Shown here: piece by piece, positions 1-8,489 of the stretch
Numbering within the stretch: position 1 is the first letter of the stretch
Layout: every line of letters starts with the position of its first letter
Source: Chloroflexota bacterium
GTDB taxonomy: Bacteria; Chloroflexota; JAJPGV01
Assembly: GCA_021325635.1 (NCBI GenBank)
Contig: JAJPGV010000057.1
Coordinates: 7,238-71,237, forward strand
Reading direction: 5' to 3'
Length of the DNA: 64,000 nucleotides
Position numbers and translations under genes: made by a program
The notes under the pieces: generated by a model
Databases searched by the model: none
Seen by the model: the letters and a program-made list of their open reading frames with translations, nothing else
Told to the model about the DNA's origin: nothing

Positions 1-1
1 C

Positions 2-160
2 CCCGTGGTCGTGGTCAGCGTGGTCGATGAGGCCAAGCGAGGTCTGGATATGGGAGCGGCCGAGTACCTGGTGAAGCCGATCGATGGCGCCGCGTTAGTG
101 GCCTCGTTGGACCGGATCCGCGCGGCCGCGGCAGGTCATAGCAACGGAGCCTCAGCGTGA
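2..160 (+). CDS. C-terminal part of a response-regulator receiver domain (5' truncated by window edge; possibly a hybrid sensor kinase)
   Basis: Frame from nt 2 reads PVVVVSVVDEAKRGLDMGAAEYLVKPID, matching receiver beta4-beta5 with the conserved KP. Stop overlaps the next start (GTGA). Confidence 0.8.
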   Translation, partial: PVVVVSVVDEAKRGLDMGAAEYLVKPIDGAALVASLDRIRAAAAGHSNGASA

Positions 161-555
161 CGGCGTCCGAGGCATTCGTTCTCGTGGTCGAGGACAATGC
201 CGTCAATTTCGAGCTGACCAAGTTCTTGCTGGAAAACATGGGCTTGAGCGTGTGCCGGGCCGCCGCCGGGGAACAGGCGCTGTCGATTGTCAGCGAGCGG
301 GTGCCCGCTCTTGTGGTGATGGACATTCAGCTCCCGGGCATGGATGGATTGGAGACGACGAGAAGGCTTCGGGCCCGTCCGGAAACCAGCCGTACGCCGA
401 TCATCGGCCTCAGCGCGCTGGCTATGGCGAGCGATCGCGAGCAGGCTCTGGCGGCTGGCTGCGACGCCTATCTCACCAAGCCATTCAACCTCGCCGAGCT
501 GCAGGAGACGGTGCTGCGTTACCTGGACGGCCATGCAGCGGATCAGGTATCCTGA
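157..555 (+). CDS. Single-domain response regulator (CheY/DivK-like)
   Basis: VLVVEDN, VVMDIQLPGMDG (phospho-Asp), LSALAM and YLTKPF motifs. Confidence 0.92.
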   Translation: MTASEAFVLVVEDNAVNFELTKFLLENMGLSVCRAAAGEQALSIVSERVPALVVMDIQLPGMDGLETTRRLRARPETSRTPIIGLSALAMASDREQALAAGCDAYLTKPFNLAELQETVLRYLDGHAADQVS

Positions 556-565
556 ACAGGCACCT

Positions 566-654
566 CGGCGAGATGAGGGGAAGCCGGTCGAATGCCGGCG
601 CTGTGCCGCAGCGGTAGTGGCAGTACGCCAGAGCCCGAATGCTTCATCTCGCTG
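566..654 (+). ncRNA. Cobalamin riboswitch (short form)
   Basis: Closing stem GGCGAGATGA...TCATCTCGCT, core GGGAAGCCGGTCGAATGCCGGCGCTGTGCCGCAGCGGTA and 3' AGCCCGAA element. Lies directly upstream of cbtB-cbtA. Confidence 0.85.
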
Positions 655-689
655 AAGCCGTAGAACCTTCGAGCGAAAGGAACACTGGC

Positions 690-893
690 ATGATTGACAG
701 CTACCCTCTCCCCCGTACCGATGCCTGGAAGCTTATCGGCGTCGTTGGCCTGGCGCTGGCCCTGCTCTACGTCATGGCAATCGATCAGGGGCTGCTGATG
801 AGTCTGGCGCAAGGCAACGTGGCGTTTGACCAGAACTTCATCCACGAGCTCGTGCACGACTCGCGCCACCTCACCGCGCTTCCCTGCCACTGA
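690..893 (+). CDS. cbtB: Cobalt transporter subunit CbtB
   Basis: One TM helix and C-terminal IHELVHDSRHLTALPCH motif; AAAGGAA RBS before ATG 690. Confidence 0.88.
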   Translation: MIDSYPLPRTDAWKLIGVVGLALALLYVMAIDQGLLMSLAQGNVAFDQNFIHELVHDSRHLTALPCH

Positions 894-900
894 TGGTCTG

Positions 901-1674
901 ATGCGCCTCGATGCTTTCGGGGCCATCATCAAGGCGGCGCTCCTCGCCGGTCTGGCAGCGGGCCTCGTCGTGGCGGCGGTGCAGTTCGTGTGGTCGGAGC
1001 CCGTCATCGATCGGGCCATCGTGCTGGAAGAGCAGCTGCACGCGGTCGATAACGCCCGCGCCAATGCGGCGCAGCCGCCCCAGGAGACACCAGTGGTTGA
1101 CCGGCCCACACAGAAGAAGGGCCTCTTTTTGGGCTACACCATTTACGGTCTGGCCTGGGGGCTGCTGTTCGGGGCTGCCTACGCCATTGCTCAGCCGCAT
1201 TTGTCCGTCAACAGCCGTCTGGCGAAGGGCGTGTTGCTGGCGGGCGTAAGCTTCTGGGCCGTGGGGCTGCTGCCGTTCCTCAAATATCCTGCCAATCCTC
1301 CCGGAGTGGGCGACCCCGAAACAATCGACTTCCGCCAGCACATCTACCTGGGAATGCTGGTCGGAGGTATCGCCGTCGTCGCGCTCGGACTGGCGGTGCA
1401 TCGGGCCCTGCTGGCGCGGCGCGGTCGGTGGACTGCCGTGGGGGTTGCGCTGGGTGCCGTAGCTCTGGGATCGGCCGCCCTCTATGCTGCTCTCCCCTCC
1501 AACCCCGATGTCGTCCACATGCCCGCGGGGCTCGTGGCGGACTTCCGAATGCATTCCCTGGCCGGGCTGGCGCTGTTCTGGCTGGTGCTGGGGGGCGTGT
1601 TTGGACCGGTCCTGAGTTGGCTGTCCGCCGGTGTGCGGCGCCCCGCCCTGGCTGGCCCCTCCGGCGCCAGTTAG
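901..1674 (+). CDS. cbtA: Cobalt transporter subunit CbtA
   Basis: EPVIDRAIVLEE and LKYPANPPGVG motifs, several TM helices; follows cbtB. Confidence 0.85.
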   Translation: MRLDAFGAIIKAALLAGLAAGLVVAAVQFVWSEPVIDRAIVLEEQLHAVDNARANAAQPPQETPVVDRPTQKKGLFLGYTIYGLAWGLLFGAAYAIAQPHLSVNSRLAKGVLLAGVSFWAVGLLPFLKYPANPPGVGDPETIDFRQHIYLGMLVGGIAVVALGLAVHRALLARRGRWTAVGVALGAVALGSAALYAALPSNPDVVHMPAGLVADFRMHSLAGLALFWLVLGGVFGPVLSWLSAGVRRPALAGPSGAS

Positions 1675-1760
1675 CCAGAGTCGCACTCGAAGTCAGGACC
1701 CGCGCCGGAACGGCTTGTGCGGGAGGGTGGCCAAGCACACCTTCCCAAGGAGCTGTCAGG

Positions 1761-2375
1761 ATGATCGATCTCGCCTTGTTGCTGCTGCGTGTCACTGTCG
1801 GTTCGCTGCTCGCCGGTCACGGCGCCCAGAAGCTGTTCGGCTCGTTTGGCGGGTCCGGCTTGGAGGGGACCAGCGGTTGGCTCGAATCGATGGGCTTTCG
1901 CCCGGGACGGCGCTGGGCGTTCGCTGCCGGCGGCGCGGAGTTCGGGGGAGGCCTGCTGACGGCGCTGGGTCTGTTGAATCCACTCGGACCAGTTACCGCA
2001 TCCTCTTCCATGGTGGTCGCGGTCGCCAAAGCACACAAGGGCAAGCCAATCTGGGTGACCGCCGGTGGTGCCGAGCTGCCGATCACAAACCTGGCTGCGC
2101 TGGGGGCTGTTGCCCTGGCCGGCCCCGGAGCCTTTTCACTCGATCGCGCGTTCGGCGTCCGCATACCCGCCTGGGTATCGTTCCTGGCAACGGCCGGAAC
2201 GGCGTGGTTTACCTGGATGAGCATTCAACAGAGCGAGCAAGCTCCACAGGAGGCGCCTCGAGGCGCGGAGGCTGAGCCTGAACGGATGCGGGAGAGCGTC
2301 ACTCCCCCGTCGTCCGGCACGTCGCCTGAGGCTGGCACCGAGAACGAACAGGAGCAGCACAGCAGCGCGATCTGA
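1761..2375 (+). CDS. DoxX family membrane protein
   Basis: LLLRVTVG..LAGHGAQKLFGSFGG and GGAEL motifs; AGGAG upstream of ATG 1761. Confidence 0.85.
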   Translation: MIDLALLLLRVTVGSLLAGHGAQKLFGSFGGSGLEGTSGWLESMGFRPGRRWAFAAGGAEFGGGLLTALGLLNPLGPVTASSSMVVAVAKAHKGKPIWVTAGGAELPITNLAALGAVALAGPGAFSLDRAFGVRIPAWVSFLATAGTAWFTWMSIQQSEQAPQEAPRGAEAEPERMRESVTPPSSGTSPEAGTENEQEQHSSAI

Positions 2376-2502
2376 GCGCAGCCTGTATCAGCCCGCGGTC
2401 GGCCATTCGAGGCCAGGTCGATCCTGATCTTCCGCAATCAGTTACCATCCGGGTGCCCTCACTGGTGGCGCTTACTGCGGCGGCCTTCCGGCGGGCTTCA
2501 GT

Positions 2503-5169
2503 ATGCGGGACCGAAGGTGCGCCGGCGGCGCGAGCTCAGATTGTGCGGCTGGCGCCGACGCTCAGCGGCAGCTTGAACGCAATCCACCGCGGGAACGAGC
2601 TCATGGATCGTGGTTGCGCAGCGTGGGAGCGCTCGCGGCGCTGTCGTGCACACTGCTGGTCCTCGGGGGAGCACCCGTAACCCGGGCCAGCGCACCACCA
2701 CCCGATTCGATTCAGCTCTGGGGCTTCAATGCCCAGGGCGACAGTGGCGGCTTCCATTCGAGTCCCGCCGCCGGGGCGGCCAATCAGGTGTCATGGACGG
2801 CGGGACCAAGCTTTGAGGGGAGTGGCGCTCTGCGGATCGATTACACCGGATCGCGCGGGCTCAACACCGGCGTGAGCACGCCTGCGCTGCCGTCCCTGCC
2901 CCCGAGCGTGGCGACCATCAGCGCCGAGATCTACGTGCCGGCCGAGGTCACTATCGCCAAGCTGGAGATGGGCCTCCAGGTAGACGGGGCGCCGTCGCAG
3001 GAGAACGACATCGTCTTTCACGCTCTCGAGGTGCGCGGCGGCTGGAATCTCGTGGCCTGGTCCGTTCATCCCGGGCAGCTCACTGGCCAGCACACGTTGA
3101 GCTTCGCCCTGCGAACGGACGATCGGATGCCCGCACCACTGTTCGTGGACGACGTCCGCGCAGTGCAGCCGCACCTGACCGTGGACGCGGGACGGGTCGC
3201 CACGTTCGATCCCGTGATGGTGTGGGGCAACAACATTGCCTACTATTACCCGCCGTCGTTCTTCCAGGATCCGAGCGTGATCCGGCTCGTCCGCGACGCC
3301 GGCTTTTACCTGTTTCGTATCCCAGGCGGGCTGAACTCCGACGTATACCACTGGAACGGCAACGGTGTTCGCAGGCCCGACGGCAGCATCAACCCCGTTG
3401 CGCGGCGGGCGGACGGCACGTGGGCCATCAACTACGACGGCTTCTCGGCTGGGTTCGAGGTGAAGGGCGAGACTTCGACGGGAGATCCGCTGTTCACCTC
3501 GCAGCCGAGCTTCGCCAGCGTCAACGTCTACGATCACACTCCGCCGGTCGACGTGAACGCCCTGGCCACGTGGATCATGGGGCTCGGTCCGCAGGCTCAG
3601 ATGATGGTCGACGTAAACGTCGGCACGGCAAGCAATCTCACCGCTACAGGTCCGAACAACACCCTGCAGGCATCGGACGTGGCGGCTGGGGCGCAGGAAG
3701 CGGCTGCCTGGGTGCGCTACTACAACGTGCAGAAGGGCCTGCACGTCAAATACTGGGAAGTGGGCAACGAGCTGAATCCATACGGCGCGGAGATTGGCGT
3801 CCACATCCGCGATGGCAGCCCAAAGGGCTGGCACTGGATCACCGCGACGGACTACGCCACGATCTTCCGGGCCTACGCCCAGGCCATGAAGGGCGTTGAC
3901 CCATCTATCCGGATTGCCGGCCCGGTGGGCTACCTGAGCGCCTTCGGGGATGCCAGCGGAACCACGAGCTGGATCCAGACCTTCCTTCAACAGGCTGGCG
4001 ACGTGGTGGACGTGATCGACATCCACTTCTACAACCACGGAGAAAGCGAAGCGCAGACGTTGGCCAAGCCGGCCGAGCTCCAGCCGGAGATCGACAAGAT
4101 GCGCGCCTGGCTGCGCCAGAGCGTTCCCCAACGCGCCGACCAGGTGAGCGTGGGCGTTTCGGAATGGGGCGACTACAACAACAGCTATCCCATTGCTGAT
4201 GGGTTGTATGCCGCCGACTTGATGGGCCAGATGGCGCAGAGCCAGGTCGCCTTCGGCAATACCTGGGACATCGGCAACGTCATTCCCGATAACGGCCAGC
4301 CTCTGCCGGCGTTCGGATTCGACGCCGTCAGCATGCAAGCCCCCGGCTGGACCACCCGGCCCTCGAACAACGCCAGCAATGCGTTGTCCTGGACCAATGA
4401 CCCGTCCTATGCGCGGCCTGGGCGCTGGGCCTTCATCGTCGACTACAAGGGCTCGGTGGGAGCCAACGCCAGCCTGGGACACGATCTCGGCGCTGTTGCC
4501 GTGAATCCCGCGGTCAACGCTTTGGCGGTCGACGTCTACATCCCGGCCTACCTGGGGAACAACACCATCACCTTCTGGCTGCGGATCGAACGCGCGGACG
4601 GGACCTTCGACGATAGCGGGCGGGATCAGCCGCAGCAGCCCATCTGGGGCCAATGGAATCACATGCTGCTGCCTATCGAGGCTGCCAGGTTGGCTAATGC
4701 CAAACGGGTGGACGTAGTCGTAGATTCGAACCTGCCGATCGTGTCGCCCTTGTACTTCGACGTGCTGGAGATGCAGCAGAGCTTGCACCAGCCGAATGGC
4801 CGCTATTGGGCTGCCTACATGTACCACCACTGCTTTTCGAACGTCCTGCTGGGCATGGACCTGGGCGGCGCGAGCCGGGACCGCCTGGCGGCATATGCCA
4901 GCCGCGAAGCCGACGGAAGCCTCTGTCTCGTGGTGGTGAACAAGGACCCGGTAAGCGACATCAAGCTTCCAATCTCCATCCGAGGCTACACGTCGGCGGC
5001 CAGTGGGTCAGCCTCGACCTGGAGCGCAGACAGCTACAGCGTTGACCCAGGCACGGGTCGCGCAACGAAGGACGATCCACCCAACAGCCGGGCTATACCG
5101 ACCGGAGGCGACTTCGACTACGTCTTCCCGAAGTATTCGATCACGGCCATTCAGCTGACGCCCGGCTGA
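2503..5169 (+). CDS. Secreted clan GH-A glycoside hydrolase (GH44/GH51/GH79-like) with two CBM-like modules; true start probably about 100 nt downstream
   Basis: Signal peptide; FRIPGGLNSDVYHW, YWEVGNE (acid/base), IRIAGP, DVIDIHFY and VGVSEWG (nucleophile) motifs; C-terminal beta-sandwich LVVVNKD. Confidence 0.75.
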   Translation: MRDRRCAGGASSDCAAGADAQRQLERNPPRERAHGSWLRSVGALAALSCTLLVLGGAPVTRASAPPPDSIQLWGFNAQGDSGGFHSSPAAGAANQVSWTAGPSFEGSGALRIDYTGSRGLNTGVSTPALPSLPPSVATISAEIYVPAEVTIAKLEMGLQVDGAPSQENDIVFHALEVRGGWNLVAWSVHPGQLTGQHTLSFALRTDDRMPAPLFVDDVRAVQPHLTVDAGRVATFDPVMVWGNNIAYYYPPSFFQDPSVIRLVRDAGFYLFRIPGGLNSDVYHWNGNGVRRPDGSINPVARRADGTWAINYDGFSAGFEVKGETSTGDPLFTSQPSFASVNVYDHTPPVDVNALATWIMGLGPQAQMMVDVNVGTASNLTATGPNNTLQASDVAAGAQEAAAWVRYYNVQKGLHVKYWEVGNELNPYGAEIGVHIRDGSPKGWHWITATDYATIFRAYAQAMKGVDPSIRIAGPVGYLSAFGDASGTTSWIQTFLQQAGDVVDVIDIHFYNHGESEAQTLAKPAELQPEIDKMRAWLRQSVPQRADQVSVGVSEWGDYNNSYPIADGLYAADLMGQMAQSQVAFGNTWDIGNVIPDNGQPLPAFGFDAVSMQAPGWTTRPSNNASNALSWTNDPSYARPGRWAFIVDYKGSVGANASLGHDLGAVAVNPAVNALAVDVYIPAYLGNNTITFWLRIERADGTFDDSGRDQPQQPIWGQWNHMLLPIEAARLANAKRVDVVVDSNLPIVSPLYFDVLEMQQSLHQPNGRYWAAYMYHHCFSNVLLGMDLGGASRDRLAAYASREADGSLCLVVVNKDPVSDIKLPISIRGYTSAASGSASTWSADSYSVDPGTGRATKDDPPNSRAIPTGGDFDYVFPKYSITAIQLTPG

Positions 5170-5195
5170 GCCGGGCCCCGTTAGGATCGTCGAGA

Positions 5196-5417
5196 CTAGA
5201 CAGCTGCCGGCTCAGCATCGGGCTCGGTGGCTCCCCCGAAGTCGAGCTCTTCCCTGATGTAGTCGCGGAAATCCCACAGCTCGCCGCAGAGCAGGGGCGA
5301 TTCCGCCGTCCAGTCGCCGCTGGCAAGCTCCTGATCTACTTCTTCCAGCAGCTGTTCGAGCCATCGCATCCGGGCTTCCCGGACGCCGCGGGGTGTCGTT
5401 TCAACCGGTGTGGCCAT
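5196..5417 (-). CDS. Small acidic hypothetical protein
   Basis: GGAGGGAG RBS before ATG; helical composition; directly downstream of porB. Confidence 0.6.
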   Translation of the reverse strand: MATPVETTPRGVREARMRWLEQLLEEVDQELASGDWTAESPLLCGELWDFRDYIREELDFGGATEPDAEPAAV

Positions 5418-5441
5418 AGATGCTCCCTCCCTAAGCGCGAG

Positions 5442-6317
5442 TCATGCCAGGCCGTAGCGCCGAACGTTGGCGTCAGCGATAGCCTGGATCACTTCGATGC
5501 CCTGCCGGGCGGCAGCGCCGGTAAAAAGGTGACGGAAGCGTGATTGGTCGCGCAGGTAGTCGTCCACGGGGATGCGCTTGTTGAGCTTGCGGGCACTGGT
5601 CATTTGCCCGAGCTCGAACTCGACCAGCGGATAGAGGCCGCACTGGACCGCTTTCTGGGCGACGTCGATCGTCGAGGAGGACGAGTAGCCCCAGCCGGGA
5701 GGACAGGGCACGTGGACCTGGAGGTACTTGGGGCCTTTGAAGGTGAGCGCTCGCTGCACCTTCTTCTGCAGATCCTTGTGATAGCCCACCGAGGCCGTGG
5801 CCACGTAGGGCACGCCGTGCGCCAAAGCGATGGCCACCATGTCCTTCTTGGGCAGACGATTTCCGTCGGACGTGGTCCCGGTCGGCGTGGTTGTGGTAGA
5901 GGCCAGGGATGGCGTAAGCCCGCTGCGTTGAACCCCAGTGTTCATGTAGGCCTCGTTGTCGTAGCAGATGTACAGCACGTCGTGGCCGCGCTCGAACATC
6001 CCCGATAGAGATTGCAGGCCGATGTCGGCCGTTGCGCCGTCGCCGCCTTGGGCGATGACCCGGATCCCGGCCTTACCCAACGCCTTCAGTCCGGCTTCGA
6101 TACCGGATGCCACCGCAGGCGCATTTTCGAACAGCGAGTGAATCCAGGGCATGTTCCAGCTCGAGTACGGGTAGCTGGTGGTAGTTACCTCGAGGCAGCC
6201 CGTGGCGTTGGCGACGATGATGTTGGGTCCGGCGGCTTCGAGAGCCAGGCGGGATCCCAGGACTTCGCCGCATCCCAGGCAGGCGCGGTGGCCGGGTGAG
6301 ACGGCCGTAGACATCAC
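5442..6317 (-). CDS. porB: Pyruvate/2-oxoacid:ferredoxin oxidoreductase beta subunit (TPP-binding)
   Basis: ACLGCGE, NATGCLEV, GGDG...YDNEAYMNTG and CPPGW motifs. Confidence 0.92.
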   Translation of the reverse strand: MMSTAVSPGHRACLGCGEVLGSRLALEAAGPNIIVANATGCLEVTTTSYPYSSWNMPWIHSLFENAPAVASGIEAGLKALGKAGIRVIAQGGDGATADIGLQSLSGMFERGHDVLYICYDNEAYMNTGVQRSGLTPSLASTTTTPTGTTSDGNRLPKKDMVAIALAHGVPYVATASVGYHKDLQKKVQRALTFKGPKYLQVHVPCPPGWGYSSSSTIDVAQKAVQCGLYPLVEFELGQMTSARKLNKRIPVDDYLRDQSRFRHLFTGAAARQGIEVIQAIADANVRRYGLA

Positions 6318-7474
6318 GACACCTCCACAGCTGTTGGCTGGCGCAGCCCGAAAAAGAGCGGCGCATCCTCTCGCGTGGAGAGGACCATCTCGCGGACGTC
6401 CCGTACGGTGACGTCCCGGCCTCCCAAGCCCACTACGTGACTCTTCACCATGGGCCGTGACGGAAGCTCATAGAGGGCATTCCGGATCTCGGCGCTGAGG
6501 ATGCCTCCACTGCCCATCGACACCGCCTTCTCGAGCACCACCACGCGCCTCACCGTGCCCAGGTCGCGGCGCAGTTCCGCCGCGGGGAACGGACGAAACG
6601 ACACCACCTTGAGCGACCCGACGCGCTGGCCATCGTCGCGCAAGCTGTCAACGGCTTCCTCAATGGTGCCGTTCAATGAACCCATGGCCACGACGGCAAC
6701 GTCCGCATCATCCACGCGATAGCCCGCCGTTGGTCCGTGCCGCCGGCCGAATTGGCGCTCGAAGTCCTGCTGCAGGCGCTCCATCGTCTGCATGCTGCCC
6801 TCCACCGCCTCGAATAGGCGGTTGCGGTGCTCCATGTAGCTGTCCGGCTCGGCTAGCGCGCCCAAGGTGGCCGGGCGAGCGGGGTCCAGCAGCGCGATTG
6901 GAGCGGACGGGGCCAGGAATGCGTCGACAGCAGCCTGGCTCGGGAGGTTGACTGGCTCCCAGGCGTGGGTGAGGATGAAGCCGTCCACGCAGACCATCAC
7001 CGGCAGTCGGAGTGTCTCGGCCAGCCGGAAGGCCAACAGGTGGAGGTCCACTGCCTCCTGGTTGTCGGCCGCGAAGAGCTGCAGCCAGCCGCTGTCCCGC
7101 ACCGTCATGGCATCCTGGTGGTCGTTCCAGATGGTGATTGGCGCCGAGACCCCGCGATTGGCGCAGGTGAGGACGACCGGCAAACGAAGGCCGGCCATGT
7201 TGAACAGCACCTCGGCCATGAGCAGCAGGCCCTGAGAGGTCGTCGCGGTGTAGGCTCGCGCGCCGGCGGCGCTGGCTCCGAGGACGACGGACGCGGCGCT
7301 GAACTCACTCTCCACATTTACGTACTCAGCCTGCAGCTCGCCTCCGCTGATGGTCCTTGCGAGCTGCTCCACGATGTGCGTTTGAGGAGTAATGGGGTAG
7401 GCGGAGACTACCTGTACGCGGCAGAGCTTCACCATCTCCGCGATGGCTGCCGATCCTTCGAGGAGCTGCTTCAT
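6314..7474 (-). CDS. porA: Pyruvate/2-oxoacid:ferredoxin oxidoreductase alpha subunit
   Basis: AYPITPQT, VESEFSAAS and TATTSQGL motifs; 4-nt overlaps with both neighbours. Confidence 0.92.
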   Translation of the reverse strand: MKQLLEGSAAIAEMVKLCRVQVVSAYPITPQTHIVEQLARTISGGELQAEYVNVESEFSAASVVLGASAAGARAYTATTSQGLLLMAEVLFNMAGLRLPVVLTCANRGVSAPITIWNDHQDAMTVRDSGWLQLFAADNQEAVDLHLLAFRLAETLRLPVMVCVDGFILTHAWEPVNLPSQAAVDAFLAPSAPIALLDPARPATLGALAEPDSYMEHRNRLFEAVEGSMQTMERLQQDFERQFGRRHGPTAGYRVDDADVAVVAMGSLNGTIEEAVDSLRDDGQRVGSLKVVSFRPFPAAELRRDLGTVRRVVVLEKAVSMGSGGILSAEIRNALYELPSRPMVKSHVVGLGGRDVTVRDVREMVLSTREDAPLFFGLRQPTAVEVS

Positions 7475-8331
7475 GGCCGTGCCTCCGCCACCATTTCGAT
7501 GTCACCGACCGGGCACTCCACCGCGCAGATGCCGCAGCCTTTGCAGAAGTCGTAGTTGGCCTCGTATTCAGTTCGAGTGCGCGCGCTGATGATGCCTTCG
7601 GGGCAGAACACGGCGCACAGGTCGCAGCCGTTGCAGCGCTCGTACTTGAACACTGGATGCGAGGTGCGCCAGCCGGACGTGTGGTAGCGGCTGGAGCTGC
7701 CGGGCTCCATGGTTTCTCGCAGCTCCACTGCCGCTCTGGACAGGCCGGCCGAATGTGGGATCTCGTCCACTGTGCCGGGCGGCAGCTCCTGAATGCGATC
7801 TCGACCCATCCCCGCGGCCAGCGTGTTGCTGTGAGCGACCTCGGGTTTGAAGCGCTCGGAGATGGCGGCCGCCAGGCTCGCGATCCGGACCAAGCCGGTG
7901 GCGGCAATGAACGCGCCCAGCATGACGGCGTTCGGCATGGGCCGGCCGAGGACCTCGAGGGCAATAGCGGTGGCTGGCACGGCGAAGATGTGTCCGGCCG
8001 CCCTAGGCAGCAGCTCCGGCGCAGACTCCGCGTTCAGGATCAGGGTCCCGCCGGGCTTGATGCCGGCGAAGACGCTCGGATCGCGCGCCAGGTCCGGGTC
8101 CTGCACGATCACGACGTCGGGCTGATAGATCTGGCTGCGTACGCGGATGCGGCTGTGCGCCAGACGCACGAAGGCCTGGACCGGCGAGCCGGCCCGCTCG
8201 GCGCCAAAGGCAGGGAAGGCCTGCACTTCGTAGCCGTCCTTGAACGCGGCTAGCGCGAGCAGCTCCGCGGCGGCGACGTTGCCCTGGCCGCCGCGTCCGT
8301 GGATACGGATCTCGATTACGCTGTCCGTCAT
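7471..8331 (-). CDS. Fused gamma-delta subunit of 2-oxoacid:ferredoxin oxidoreductase
   Basis: EIRIHGRGGQG and FGAERAGSPV (gamma) followed by CNGCDLCAVFCP and CKGCGICAVECP (2x[4Fe-4S] delta). Confidence 0.9.
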   Translation of the reverse strand: MTDSVIEIRIHGRGGQGNVAAAELLALAAFKDGYEVQAFPAFGAERAGSPVQAFVRLAHSRIRVRSQIYQPDVVIVQDPDLARDPSVFAGIKPGGTLILNAESAPELLPRAAGHIFAVPATAIALEVLGRPMPNAVMLGAFIAATGLVRIASLAAAISERFKPEVAHSNTLAAGMGRDRIQELPPGTVDEIPHSAGLSRAAVELRETMEPGSSSRYHTSGWRTSHPVFKYERCNGCDLCAVFCPEGIISARTRTEYEANYDFCKGCGICAVECPVGDIEMVAEARP

Positions 8332-8450
8332 GTCGAACGGAGCGTAGGGCGAAGACCGTCACGAAGGGCTAAACGCGATGTAAATGACGCGACAACTCCG
8401 GAGGGCCCAGCCGCTTTAACGACGCCGAAAGAGGCTCTTTAGCCGCTGTT

Positions 8451-8466
8451 TAGGGCGTCAGCCCTA
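8451..8466. promoter_or_regulatory. Palindrome TAGGGC-N4-GCCCTA in the divergent por/USP intergenic region; candidate operator
   Basis: Perfect 6-bp inverted repeat seen in the sequence; function inferred only. Confidence 0.35.
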
Positions 8467-8489
8467 CGGTGGGTCGAGAGAGGTGTGAA

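Noticed and set aside
2791-4830. 679-aa minus-strand ORF
   Set aside because: It is an antisense shadow of the GH gene with no motifs. Such shadows are common in high-GC DNA, as with 21669-23417, 52710-53732 and 59393-60322.
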